Position numbers and translations under genes: made by a program | The notes under the pieces: model-generated | The model's database searches: none | What the model saw: the letters and a program-made list of their open reading frames with translations, nothing else | What the model was told of the DNA's origin: nothing | Shown here: in pieces, positions 25,950 to 38,084 of the stretch | How the letters are laid out: each line of letters opens with the position of its first letter | Numbering within the stretch: position 1 is the first letter of the stretch | Assembly: GCF_018977255.1 (NCBI RefSeq) | Contig: NW_024704742.1 | Span: 62,064,001-62,128,000, forward strand | DNA from: Callorhinchus milii | Taxonomy: Eukaryota | Length of the DNA: 64,000 nt | Direction of reading: 5' to 3'

Positions 25950-26540
25950 CAACTCACAGTTATATAATGCCTTCCACATAGGAGAATGTCTCAAAGCGTT
26001 CTACAGAGATAGACTGGAAAACCAAGATGGAGGGGAGGAGGAAGGTAGCCGAAGACAAGTAAAAGAGAGATTTTTATGCAGGTTTTGAAAGCAGCGATGA
26101 AGGGCATGAGGCAGAAATATTTTTAGAAAGTTCAAGAGAGCAGGGGTTGAATGCTCACCCAATAGCAACAACTTGCATTTATATAGCACCCCTCACTCAG
26201 GGTTACGTCCCAGAGCACTTGACAGTGGTGGGGCACGACACAGAGTCGGAGGGAGGGGGGAAGTAACCGTAGGTCAAGAGGCAAGGTCCTCAAGCGTAAA
26301 TGAAGATGGGGAGGGAAGGGGGCAAGGCGGAGAGACAGAGGAAGATTGTTCCAGAGTTTTGGGGCGTAGTAGTTGAAAGCCCGGCCACCGATGGTGGAAT
26401 GGAGGGCACGATGCTTGAGTGAAGGTAATGGGAATAGGGGACATGGAGCGGATCTGAGTATCAGTGCAGAGCGAGTGGCCAGGGCAGCAGAACATCAGAA
26501 GATTACAGATATAGGGGTGGGGGAAGATCGTGAAGGCATC
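25950..26540 (-). mobile_element. Two L2 3' fragments
   Basis: Tails at about 25950 and 26165; GAAAGCCCGGCCACCGATGGT (reverse complement reads TIGGRAF). Confidence 0.8.
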
Positions 26541-26544
26541 TGAA

Positions 26545-26710
26545 TTTTTTTTTCAGCTGGGTGCCTGACACATGCAGAAATGTATCACCATGCTTCAGAG
26601 AATCCAAACCAAACTGAGAATCCCATGTATCCCACCTACACTTGGAAATTCCTGTGCATTAAAATGCATTCTCTCCCTGGAGGCACACATCCTGCTCACT
26701 TAATGAAAAA
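26545..26710 (-). repeat. Family E repeat
   Basis: TTTTTTCAGCTGGGTGCCTGA...CCAAACCAAACTGAGAATCCC...GCATTCTCTCCCTGGAGG. Confidence 0.75.
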
Positions 26711-27390
26711 GACCTTAATGTGCTTGGTGCTTGCTGTTTATCAATTCTTATTTTAAACAAATGTAGTGGGAGCTGATTTCAGAAGCACAGTCATCACAAA
26801 TCCAACAAACGTTCTAATAGTTTAGTAAGAACACTATTAGAGCTATAAAATACACAATCACTAGACTACACTTCGCAGTAAATCCTGTGAAGCACTTTGA
26901 GACGTCCTCCCGCCATGTAAGGCAGATATCAAATGCAAGGGTTTATTACTATAAAAATAATCATCCTGAAAGCTTTTTCTCCTACCAACAATTCCATCTT
27001 TACAGCATACAAATATCTGGGAATGGATCTCCTCTCCTCTGTAATCTCAACATTTCCTCATTTGCGCATGTGCCAGGTGGCAGGGTACTGCTCTTCGGAA
27101 GATAATAAATAACAGATAGAAATGTGTTTTTTATAGCATGAAGTGAAGCCAAATGTAAAATGTTATTCTGAGTTGTCAAGTCTTTTAACAATTGCCTTCC
27201 ATCACAATCACACTGTTGCTATTATATTCCTACCATAAGCACAATAAAGTGAGGTACCGTCCATTCCACAGGCTTCCTCATAGAGATCAAAAATAAACTG
27301 CAGAGCGGACGGTTTATTTTTTCTTCTAATCTCTCCTAAAGGCCACAACTCATACCGAGGTATAGCTCCATAGACACCAAAAGTGTATTA

Positions 27391-27720
27391 CGTCCTCCCG
27401 ACGTGAAAAGCGCTATATCAAATGCAAGGATTATTATTATTATAATAATCTTTGCATTTAATATGGAGCCTCATCACATCATTGTAATGTCTCAAAGTAC
27501 TTCACAGAATATTTTGTAAAGTGGATTGACTGTGTATTTTGTGGGCGAAACGCGGCAGCCAATTGCGCACAGAAGTGTACACAAATAGTCGTGGATTGAG
27601 TAAACATTTTTTTATTAGTCCTGGAAAGCGATCTGCCAATCAATTAACAACTGATCCTTACTTACTGCTGGGTAAACAGAGATGAGCGAAGTAAGGAAAC
27701 TTGCCTAAGGTTTCGCCTTA
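27391..27720. mobile_element. Tail-to-tail SINE A pair (+ tail 27391-27442; - copy 27443-27720)
   Basis: ...CAAGGATTATTATTATTATAATAATCTTTGCATTT...; minus copy runs to GGAAACTTGCCTAAGG. Confidence 0.85.
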
Positions 27721-27820
27721 TTCAATATATCAAGCATTCTTTATGAGCACGCCAAGGCATTGAGTGATGGTGAGCTTTTCAACCACAGAGGGCATCAAAG
27801 CTAAGGCCATTTGTATCATA

Positions 27821-28034
27821 ATAAAAACAGAAGTCGCTGGAAACACTCAGCAGGTCAGGTAGAATCTATGGAGAGAGGAAAGTGAGTTAACGTTTCAGGT
27901 CGATGACCTTTAGTCAGAACATTGACCTGAAATATTAACTAACTTTTCTCTCTCCATAGATGCTGCCTGACCTTCTAAGTGTTCCAGTGAGTTTTTTTTT
28001 CAGATTTCCACCATCTACAGTATTTTGCCATTTT
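27821..28034. mobile_element. Palindromic element, probably Penelope-derived, with degenerate hammerhead core
   Basis: Arms CTGGAAACACTCAGCAGGTCAGGTAGAATCTATGGAGAGAG..GTTAACGTTTCAGGTC and GACCTGAAATATTAAC..CTCTCTCCATAGATGCTGCCTGACCTTCTAAGTGTTCCAG; TSD TTGTATCATA at 27811-27820 and 28039-28048. Confidence 0.8.
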
Positions 28035-28194
28035 CCAATTGTATCATAGACTGACACTCACACTTTCCAGTAGAGGTGACTATGAGCAATATTTCATCTC
28101 CTTCCTGGCACAAGATTACCATTACCTATTAATGAATATGTCAGAGAGCTGGTTATTTTTATCTGATAAAGGGACGGCAATATTGTAAAAATAA

Positions 28195-28650
28195 AACGAT
28201 CCTTGAATTTTTATATAGTGCCTTTCACATCAGGAGGATGACTCCTTCACATCAGGAGGACATCTCGAAGCGCTTCACAGAATTTATTGTAAAGTGTAGT
28301 GACTATGTATTTTGTAGGCAATTGCAGTCGCCAATTTGTGCACAGCAAAGTCCTACAAATAGCAATGAAGTGAACGATCAATTTTATTCAGGGTATTGCT
28401 GATTAGACAACTGAAAAAAACTCTTCTTGCTTTTCGAATAGTGTCATGGGATCTTTAATGTCCACTTGAACAGGCAGACGGGATCATGATTTAATGTCTT
28501 CTATGAAAGACAGCATGTCCATCAATGCAGACTTCCCTCAAATTCTGTTAGATTGTCAAACTAGATGATGTAAGTTTGAAGTCCCGACGTGGGACTTGAA
28601 CCCACAACCTTCTGACTCCCACACAAGAGTGTTGCCACCTGAGCCATGCT
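28195..28650 (-). mobile_element. SINE family B, near full length
   Basis: Tail, Deu core CATGGGATCTTTAATGTCCAC..GAACAGGCAGAC, head GGGACTTGAACCCACAACCTTCTGACTC. Confidence 0.9.
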
Positions 28651-28655
28651 GTAGC

Positions 28656-28703
28656 ATGCTAGATATAAAGAATGCTAGATATAAAGAATGCTAGATATAA
28701 AGA
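28656..28703. repeat. Perfect tandem repeat, 16 bp x3 (ATGCTAGATATAAAGA)
   Basis: Read directly from the sequence. Confidence 0.95.
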
Positions 28704-28819
28704 AGAGGGCTGTAAGTCAGATGTTACTCCACCGATAGAGAAGGTAAGTGTAAGTATGTGTTACCTCAGATAAGTGTGTATTACCTCAGATAAGTAAGTG
28801 TGTGTTACCGCACATACCT

Positions 28820-29125
28820 CCTGGATGCTGGTTCCCTAGGGACACGTGCTCAGGTTGTTAAAAAGGCAAATAAATTGTTATGATGTATAGCTAAGTATAC
28901 TATACTTATATAGTGTACCATATATGTCAAGAGCAGTGGCTTTAAAATTATATGTGGTCTTGGTGGGTCCACATCTGGAGTACTACATGCAGTTTTGGTA
29001 TCTCAAGTTCAAAAAGGATGTTCAGCTGTTGTAGACACGGCAGCAGAAAAGATATGAGATTATTTCCAGAACTGAAGGATAGGAAGAAGCGGAATGACAG
29101 AATGAATTTTAACTCTTGAATAGAT
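28820..29125 (+). mobile_element. CR1 RT C-terminal fragment
   Basis: TTGGTGGGTCCACATCTGGAGTACTACATGCAGTTTTGG (LVGPHLEYYMQFW). Confidence 0.8.
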
Positions 29126-29129
29126 AATA

Positions 29130-29320
29130 AGGCATACATTAGCTGCGCAGAGGGGTTAAGCAGAGGAGTAGAGTTCGATCAAATCTTAGATAAGCGTTGT
29201 GGGATTTACATGTGAAGGTAAAGACATTGAAGTCAATCCACTCGGAGATAGGGAAACAGTGGAACCTGGTGAGGATTGGGGTGATGAGCGTGGGCAGTTT
29301 GCTGCAGATGAGATTACCCT
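29130..29320 (-). mobile_element. Old L2 fragment
   Basis: Minus ORF includes ITPILTRFHCFPISEWIDFNVFTFTCKSH. Confidence 0.75.
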
Positions 29321-29464
29321 GAAAATAATTCAGGATTATCATATGTGAAGATAGATATATTGAATAAATCTTGTGGCAAATTGAATGGGTGGGCTGAAAC
29401 AACCATAATTCAACTTGGAATTGTTACTGTGCTACTAGGACATTGGCAGAGGCCTCCTACAAGG

Positions 29465-30175
29465 TTTTCTTGTTTGACCCTGAACTGTCCTTTCTCCCCC
29501 ACATCTGCGCCATGACCAGCTCTGCCTATCACCACCTCTGCAACATTGCCAGACTCCGCCACTGCCTAACCCCTCAGGCTGCCGAAACCCTCACCCACAC
29601 ATTCGTCACATCAAGGCTCAATTATGGAAATTCCCTCCTCATCGGCCTTCCTAACTCTCCCCTTCACAGGCTGCAGATTACCCAAAATTCTGCATCTCGT
29701 GTACTCTCACACACCAGGCTCCGTGAACCCATCACTCCCACCCTCGCCTGACTCCACTGGCTCCCCATCCCCCAGAGGATCGAGTTCAAGATGCTCATCC
29801 TCACTTTCAAGGCCATCCATGGCCTTGCCCCCGCTACCTCTCTGAGCTGCTGACTCCCTACCAACCTTCCCGCTCTCTCCATTCAGCGGGCTCTGGCCTG
29901 CTCCATGTCTCCCACCCGACCCGCCCTCTCATCGGTGGCCGGGCTTTCAGCCTCTCTGCCCCCACACTCTGGAACTCCATCCGATAGTCCCTTCGCCTCG
30001 CTTCGTCCCTTGCCTCTTTCAAGGCCGGTCTCAAGACTCTTCTCTTCGATCGTGCCTTCGGTCAACCCCTCCCCCATGCTCGGGTCTCTACACTTGATTG
30101 TTCAGCGCTTTGGGACATCCTCCCGATGTGAAAGGCATTCTATAAATGTAATTGTGTTGTTGTTGTTATTGCTGT
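29465..30175 (+). mobile_element. L2 ORF2 3' fragment with tail
   Basis: LFDPELSFLPHI...SAYHHLCNIARLRHCLTPQAAETLTHTFVTSRLNYGNSLLIG...QNSASRVL. Confidence 0.95.
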
Positions 30176-30429
30176 TGTCCACCCTCTGAGGTAGGACACA
30201 GTGCCCACCTTTGAGAGACTAGATAAGGCAAAACAGAAAATACAATACCCGTGTGTTGAGGATCAGAAATTTTATAGCAGGTCATTGAAACATCTCAAAG
30301 CGTTTTTTACAGGATTCAATGTAAAGCCTAGTAATTGTGTATTTGTTGATTTATTGTGTGTTTGTTCCTCCGTAGCAATGCAGCGTGCACAGCAAGACAT
30401 AAATATCATAAAAAACACCCATATCTGCA

Positions 30430-30597
30430 TCTGATTCTGCTGTTTGTGGGGCACTGCTGTGCACAAATTGGCTACCATGTTCAACCTCAAAATACACACA
30501 ATCACATCACTTTACAGTGTATCCTGTGAAGCGTTTTGAAAAGTCTCGACAATGTAGATAAGACGCTTTATCAAATGTAAGGTTTATTATTATTATT
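30430..30597 (+). mobile_element. SINE 3' half
   Basis: CTGTTTGTGGGGCACTGCTGTGCACAAATTGGCT core plus tail. Confidence 0.8.
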
Positions 30598-31359
30598 TAC
30601 CTGGAATTTATGTATGCCCTATGAACAGAATGGCAATTTTTCACCAGTAAATATTATTAGCAGCAGGAACACCTACATTAATAACAAATTGAGCCTGCAA
30701 CGCAAAGTTTTTATTTCAATGGTGAGGGTCGGCAAGATGGATTTTCTCTTCTTAAAATAAACCTTCCGTTTATTTTGAAGAGAAGCTGGCGATTTGCCAT
30801 CACTCCCATTACAGAGAGGACTAAGCTACAGATTTTCACTTTCTAACTCATTCTGTTCTTTGCCAATCTTCTCATAAAACGGTGTAATCATAAATGAGTG
30901 AATGGTGCAGACTCATTTGTTTTTCTCCAGCAAAGCAAAGTGCGACAATCGACATTTACAGTAATTTATTGTTGGAAACACTAAACCTGCCACTTTGCAC
31001 TCAAAACAAATGAGCATAATTTTTCATGTCTGAAATATAAAGGAACATCTTGGACATCTGTCTTCATTCTTTTACATGTCTGCACAGCCAAATATAGCAA
31101 AGTGGAGCATTACTGCCACTTCAATACAAGGAGGACTTCAAAGTTCACATCCAAAGCATATAGAAATCCCAATAGATTTTGTCTAGGACCCAGTTTCAAT
31201 TTCATTTTGTTCTTATTATTGTAAATAGACACATGAGATAAAAAAAAATATAGAATGAGTTACCTAGAGGTATTTTTGTATTCATTTCTACATTTGTGTC
31301 TGATAAAGTGATTCCTTCTTTTTAATCCCCTCATATTATTACTTGCCTCTGAATAATTT

Positions 31360-31478
31360 TTGCCCACAAAATACACAGTCAATCCACTTTACAATATATT
31401 CTGTGAAGTGTTTTGAGATGTCTCAGTGATGAGAAAAGGCGCTATATCAAATGCAAATGCAAGGATTATTACTATTAC
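31360..31478 (+). mobile_element. SINE 3' tail
   Basis: GCCCACAAAATACACAGTCAATCCACTTTAC...AGGCGCTATATCAAATGC. Confidence 0.8.
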
Positions 31479-31852
31479 TGACAGTGATTGATATATTTCG
31501 GGTCTTAAAACAGCCCATGTAACAGTAAAATATCTTTCATTATCTTATGGGGCAATATTGTAATGAGACACAAACTGTTTGCAAATGAAGTAACGTTAAT
31601 AAGGTGGTATGTTACTAACTTGAGCAATAAAATATATAAAATATTCATTAGCAACTTTATAGCCTATCTACCCTGCATACTGAACATCAATCTATGTTAC
31701 AAATGTTGTATAAATCATATGTCAAGAGCATCAAAGCCAAACCAGGTGGTGACTTAAGGAATCAAATTGATGCATTGGCTGCGGTATAAATTGAATTTGG
31801 ATTGCAAACCATTTTAAATGAACTTTTAATCTTAAAAAACATAAAGTTTAAA

Positions 31853-32209
31853 AGAGCATTCGCCTCGCAAGCGAGAGGACCTGGGTTCGATACCCGGCAA
31901 GGGGAATTGTTGGGCAAGTTTCCTTACTCCACATACCTCTGTTTAGCTAGCAGTAAGTAGGAACCCAGTTGTTAGTTGATTGGCAGATCCGGGGGAAATA
32001 ATCCCTTCAAAGTAAATAAATTAAAAAACATAATCATTTGGTCACTCAATACCTGACTGTTTCTGGGACACTGCTGTGTGCAATTGGCTGCCGCATTTTG
32101 TCTACAAAATATACAGTCAATTCACAGTCAGTATATTCTGTGAAGCACTTTGAGAAGTCTCAAAGAAGTGATAAAGCGCTATATCAAATGCAAGGATTAT
32201 TATTATTAT
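31853..32209 (+). mobile_element. SINE family A (long subtype), 5' end clipped
   Basis: AGAGCATTCGCCTCGCAAGCGAGAGGACCTGGGTTCGA; internal segment; (ATT)n. Confidence 0.9.
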
Positions 32210-32334
32210 AAAAGTTCTCTAACAGTTCATTAGATCATCTTTGAGGTTTTTAACGTTATTTCAGAATCAGTCACCATTTTGATAACATTTGAAAAAATTG
32301 CAAATCTCCGTTCATGCGCTTGAGTTCATAGATT

Positions 32335-33055
32335 AGACTGACATTCCAATTCAGTTTTGGGGGAACATAGGAACACACGAACGTTGTAACAAAAGTAAGT
32401 CATTCAGCCCCTCGAGCTTGTTCCGCTTTTCTATTAGATCATGGCTGATTATTATTATTTACATCATTCTATTAGATCATGGCAACACTGCACTGTCAGA
32501 GGTGATGTCCTGCAGACGAGATGTTAAATAAAGATCCAGCCTGCTTGCTCAAGTGGCCTTTAAAGACCCTAAACTGCTATTCAAAAAAAGAATGGAGTGT
32601 CTTCCTGTGTCATAGAAACATAGAAAAAACATAAAAATCTACAGCACAGAAGGAGGCCATTCAGCCGATTGAGTTCACACTGGCTTACAGAGCAAGGAAA
32701 TTGATTCAATCCCATGGTCCCACCTTATCACCAAACCCCTTCAAACCTCTTTCTTTCGTATAACTGTCTATTTCCCTGGAAAGCTACAATGGACTCTGCC
32801 TCCACCACCCTACTCAACAAGGCGTTCTGCATCCCACCAGCTCTGTGGGTTAAAAAATCCTCCAAAGTTCTCCTGTCTTACAATCCTCCAAATAAATTTG
32901 GTCATTCACTTCATGGCTGTTGTGGGACATTGCAGTGCCCAAATCATCTGCCATCCTCACCATCAAATAAACAGTTACTACACTTTACAGTAAAATGCTG
33001 TGAAGTGCCTTGAAATGTTTTGGCAACATATATATCAAATGCAAGTATTAGCCTT
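32335..33055 (+). mobile_element. SINE family B interrupted by two minus-strand CR1 3' ends (about 32365-32450 and 32611-32860)
   Basis: Deu core split by CATTCAGCCCCTCGAGC and CATAGAAACATAG..ACAGAAGGAGGCCATTCAGCC. Confidence 0.75.
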
Positions 33056-34724
33056 ACTGTTATCAGTTACACAAGTGCAGAATCTCCTCCGTATGGACTA
33101 TTACCGAAATATAAATGTCATTTTCTGAATGTTTACTGATAGAAGTGATTTTAAAAAACACTGTTGGAATGTGGGACACCCTGCTGAGTTGTCAAGAGGG
33201 AAGTAGACAAGCGTATAATCCAACATTAGTATTCAAGAAATCATATTCTATAGTTAATTGTAAGTTCAGGACTTACCTTTAAAGAAAAGCTATCTTATGA
33301 CTACTACTCAGGAATAATTCTGGAATGTGTATATTGATGTTATTCTCACAGCCTCTATCTGAATGAGCATTCACTATCTCCTCAGATATCTCAGAGCGAT
33401 TATTCAGAGATGCAGGTACAGAGGATGGTGGTTGCATTTCACCTGAAGCAATAAATCATTAAATGAAGCAATAAATAAAATACATGACTTCATTAAATTT
33501 GAAGGAGGAAAAAAAAGCTCACCAAATAAATGTTAGGTAAAAGAACGGATGAAGGCAGAAAGATACGAAGCGCACTTCACACGACGGATTAATGCATTGT
33601 ACTCAGAGCAGACATGTATTCCTACCAAGTGTTGAACAACCTCCTGCTACTTCTCACACTTGACGAGGGCTCAGCTCTGTACATGCTGTAAAGGCAGAAA
33701 TCACATCCGTCTAAACAATTTCCATCTCAGAGATGAAGAACTTCAGTTTTTATCACCTAATATCAAATATTATTCGGTGCCTTAAAGAACCTCTGCATTG
33801 TATTGCTGGAAGTCACTGCATGTTTGCAGTGATTTGCTATAGCGTTTTTCTCTCCAATTTCTGCTCTTTCTCTCCAATTTCTGCTCTTTTGCTTCTAGTT
33901 AAAAAAAACAAAAAGAGAAATGATTTACCTTTAACCACGTGGAAAATTTGCCACTAAATGTACTTGATTGGTGGTAAAATATGAAGTGATAAATATTATG
34001 GTTGAATTGAAGCGAGACAACCACAAACCAAATCTTCAAATAAAACTTGCTGTAACCTCTCCACTAGTTTATTATCACCATGTAGGAGCATTTGTCTAGA
34101 CATTTTACACCTTGTGGGGAGCAATCAATCAATTAACAGCGGTACTGTATTAGCAGAAAAAGCTGCATTTGAATGAACATGTCTCCTTTTGCAATAAATG
34201 AAATGCGAACATGTCATAAAGTAAGCAGTGCGATGGGGAAAATAACAAGTTCCATGTAAAGGGGCTTTTGATGTTAGTGGTACATCTGTTGCATTAAACT
34301 CATTTATGATCTATGATTTATGTTTTCTTTTCTGCCACTTGTGATGTTTGTCAGGATATCCTAATTCTGATATTGCCATCAATGTGCTTGCCTGTTTTAT
34401 GAGTCATTTTAAATAGGTCATTTTAGCAGATTCGGGTTGTTCTGAGGAAGGTTTTCATTAAGGGTTCCTGACTAGACATTCTTCAAAGGTAATATAATTT
34501 TAGACTGACCCTTGAATTTAACTCTGTGGTGACTTGGGGCCTCATATAAAATGTACTATAGGTCTGCTTAATGGTACAAATTTTGCTTTTAGTTTAACAG
34601 TGATCTTAACACCACACAGACAGCTTGGGTGGGACCCTGAGTAAATATATTATCAGAATGGTATACAGACATTTGAAAGAAACAAAAAGATCTTTCTTGA
34701 GAACATCGTACAACAATTTTGTAA

Positions 34725-35335
34725 ACAACAACAACTTGCATTTATCTAGCGCCCTTCACATAGGATAACATCTTGGAGCTTGTAACATCTTACAAAGACA
34801 GGGTCAGACACCAAGCAGAGGAGAAGAGAGAAGGGGAGGGAAGAAGAGGGAAGTGACCACCATAGGAGGGATGGAAGAGATAGGTTTCATGATGCGATTT
34901 AAAGACAGATGGGGGTGGGGCAAGATTTAGGGTTAGAGGGAGATAGTTCCAGAGGTTAAGTGTGTGGAATCTGAAGCCTCAGCCTCCGATGGTGGGGAGA
35001 GGGCAAGCAACAGGCAGTGAACCTGAGGTAGTTGAGTGGAGGTTACCAGCAGAAGAGCAGCATAAGAAAAGATCAGAGATATAGGAAGGAGCAAGAACAT
35101 GAAGGGATTTATAGGTGAGGGTTAGGAACTTGAAATCAGTCCACTAGGAGACAAGGATACAACAGAGCCTGATGAAGATCGGATATGCATCTCTCCATGC
35201 ATAGGCATGCAGAGTTTAGTGCGGATGAGAGTGTGAACGATGGTGTTTTGGATAAGTTGGATCTCATGGTTGGGGGATGTCAGAGGCTTCGGTAAAGAGC
35301 CTTGTCCAATTGTAATGTGAATAGTTAAAAATAAC
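34725..35335 (-). mobile_element. Old L2 3' fragment
   Basis: (AAC)n TTGCATTTATCTAGCGCCCTTCAC tail; purine-rich L2 body. Confidence 0.75.
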
Positions 35336-35340
35336 CTCAA

Positions 35341-36310
35341 ACAACAACAACAACATTTCATTTGTATCACTCCTTTCACGTCAGGAGGACGTCCAAAAGC
35401 CCTGGACAGTCAGTGTTTCGGACCCGAGGTGGAGGTAGGGATTGGGAGGGAGGAGGTCATGGGTGAAGCAGGGTGATCGAAAGCACGGTCGAAGAGGAGG
35501 GTCTTGAGATGGGTCTTGAAGGAGGCAAGGGAAGGGGCGAGGTAGAGGGACTGCAAGATGGAATTCCAGAGAGTGGGGGCAGAGTAGCTGAAGGCCTGCC
35601 CTCCAATGGTGGGGCATGTAAGGTGGGGACGTGAAGCAGGTCGGAACCCGCTAAGCGGAGGGGCAGGCAGGTTGGTAGGGGATTGGGAGGTCTAGGGTAG
35701 GGAGGAGTGAGGCCATGGAGGGCTTTGAAGGTGAGGATCAGGATCTTGAACTGTATCCTCTGTGTGATGGGAAGCCAGTGGAGTCAGGCGAGGGTGGGGG
35801 TGATAGGGTCTGGAGCCTGGTGCGGGAGAGGACATGGGCTGCAGAGTTCTGGATAATCTGCAACCTATGGAAGGAGGAGTTGGGGAGGCCGACAAACAAG
35901 GAGTTTGCGTAGTCAAGACTGGATGTTATGAATGCATGTATGAGCGTTTTTGGCAGTCTGCGGTGTGAGACAATGGTTGAGCCAGCTGATGTTGCAGAGG
36001 TGGGGGAAGGCAGAGTGTGTCATAGCACAGATGTGGGGTAGAAAAAATACTTGACGGTTGAACAAGACACCAAGGTTCTGGACTCGCTTAGTAAGGTGGA
36101 ATGTGCATCCATGGATGGGGATGCTGTCAGCGCCTGAGGTGTGGAGGCACTGATGGAGCCAATCAAGAGAGCCTTGATATTGTTGACGTTCAACTGTAGA
36201 AAGTTAGTTCTCATCCAGGATTTGATATCTGACAGACATTCTGTCAGGACAGCAGCGGTCCTGGAGTCAAGGATGGAGGCAGAGAGATGCAGTTGGAAGT
36301 TGACATAACT
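35341..36310 (-). mobile_element. L2 ORF2 3' fragment (about 1 kb)
   Basis: LTECLSDIKSWMRTNFLQLNVN..KALLIGS, downstream L2 motifs and tail. Confidence 0.95.
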
Positions 36311-36587
36311 CATAAAACATCTGTGATTTTTCAGCCTAGGGATAGGCAGGATGGCCAAACCATCCTTACAGCAAAACAATGCATATTTTCACTGCTGTCT
36401 GTATACCTTCACCAACAATTCCCTCCGGACTTATGCATTTACCTACGATTAGCAGAACTCACAAATTAGGCCCCACTGTCCTTTTATACATAGCGGAAGT
36501 GTAACTTGTAATTTGGATTCATGTTTCATTTCAGTTTATCAGGAAAGGGGTAAAAAATCCCAATTAGTGACATACAAACAATTAATA

Positions 36588-36850
36588 ATAAATAATAATC
36601 CTTGCATTTGATATAGCGCCTTATCACATCCTCAAGATGTATCAAAATGCTTCACAAGATATAGTGTAAAATGTAGTGACTGTGTATTTTGTTGGCAAAA
36701 TGCAGCATTGTCCCACAAACAGCTGTGAAGTGAGTGACCAATTTTTATTTGGGGGAATGTTGCCCAGGACCTCTATGCGAATACTGTCATGGGATCTTTA
36801 ATGTCCATCTGAACAGACAGATGGGACCTAGGTTTAAGGTCTCATCCTAA
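36588..36850 (-). mobile_element. SINE family B 3' half
   Basis: Tail plus CATGGGATCTTTAATGTCCATCTGAACAGACAG. Confidence 0.8.
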
Positions 36851-37889
36851 GGCCCTAATTTTACACATGTGAGACCATTTTCTGGTGCTTTGGATTCTGC
36901 TACATAAAGCAAACGGCAGGCTACTTAGAACCAGCAGAACTTTTAGTATTTCACAACTGGATCCACTTGAACTGGTTCTGAAATATCCTCCAATTAAAGA
37001 AAAAAGCATTCAATTCCCCGTTGGTCCAGTGGTGGTCGGCATCTGGTTCCCTGGAAATGCTTCTAATTCCTGGTGGTCTTGTGCAAATCAGCGCATCTGG
37101 CTCCCCAGTGGAACTGACCTATGAATCTGATTATCTGATAATCCAGCGGTGGTCCTCTCTGTGACAGTACTTCCCTGTTTTACCTTCAGATCTCCGGATC
37201 TGCCCAATAGTCACTGGGATATAATTTGCGGGTTATGTTAACAATGTGTTAGCAAATGTGTTAACGGGAATTAGAGGTGTCTTTGTTAATGAAATTAATA
37301 ATCAATGAAAAGGATTACAGAACAAACTTGAATCCTTTTTAGCACTTGTGTATTCAAGAATGAAGTGAACCTGAAATTCCCCCTATGCACATTTGTTTAG
37401 ATATGGTTAACACAACCCACAAGTTAGAACCTGCTGTCCCTGCTTGCACACTGGCAATCGATTTTCAGAGCTTTGAATTCAGATTGCAGTATGGATTATT
37501 TTGTTTTGAATTTGTGTCTGAATCCTAAAACACAAGCGAATTTGAATGTTTATCATAGAATCATAAAATATGCAGGACGGAAAAGATTTATTCCATCTGG
37601 TCACTGCCAAAACAAATCACAAATTAAATCCACCGTTACATCTAAATCCCTGACCTGTTTTGTGCCCTTAAATTGTAATAGGTTATTTTCCTTCTCCGGA
37701 CCTCATCATTTGGAATTTATCCACATTAAACAACATTTGCCCCTTGTCAATTCAACTCCCTAATATATTCTGATTCTTCTATATTTGTTCAGCTGTTATT
37801 TCCAATTCGCCCCAACCCCTCCCCATCTCTGTGAAATGTAGATAGCCCCGCAGAGTCCTCTGAATTCCGCTTATCCACAAGATCATAAT

Positions 37890-38080
37890 AAAAATTTTGT
37901 TCACTCAATCTACGACTGTTTGTGGGACAATACTGTGTGTAATTGGCTGCCGCCTTTCGCCCACAAAATATACAGTCAATTCACTTTACAGTATATTCTG
38001 TGAAACGCTTTAAGACGTCTCAAAGACGTAATAAGGCGCTATATCAAATGTAATGATTATTAGTAGTATTATCTATTATT
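37890..38080 (+). mobile_element. SINE family A 3' half
   Basis: CAATCTACGACTGTTTGTGGGAC...AAGGCGCTATATCAAATG. Confidence 0.85.
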
Positions 38081-38084
38081 TAAT

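Noticed and set aside
28656..28812. CRISPR-like array
   Set aside because: Repeats are contiguous with no unique spacers, the context is eukaryotic, and there are no cas genes.
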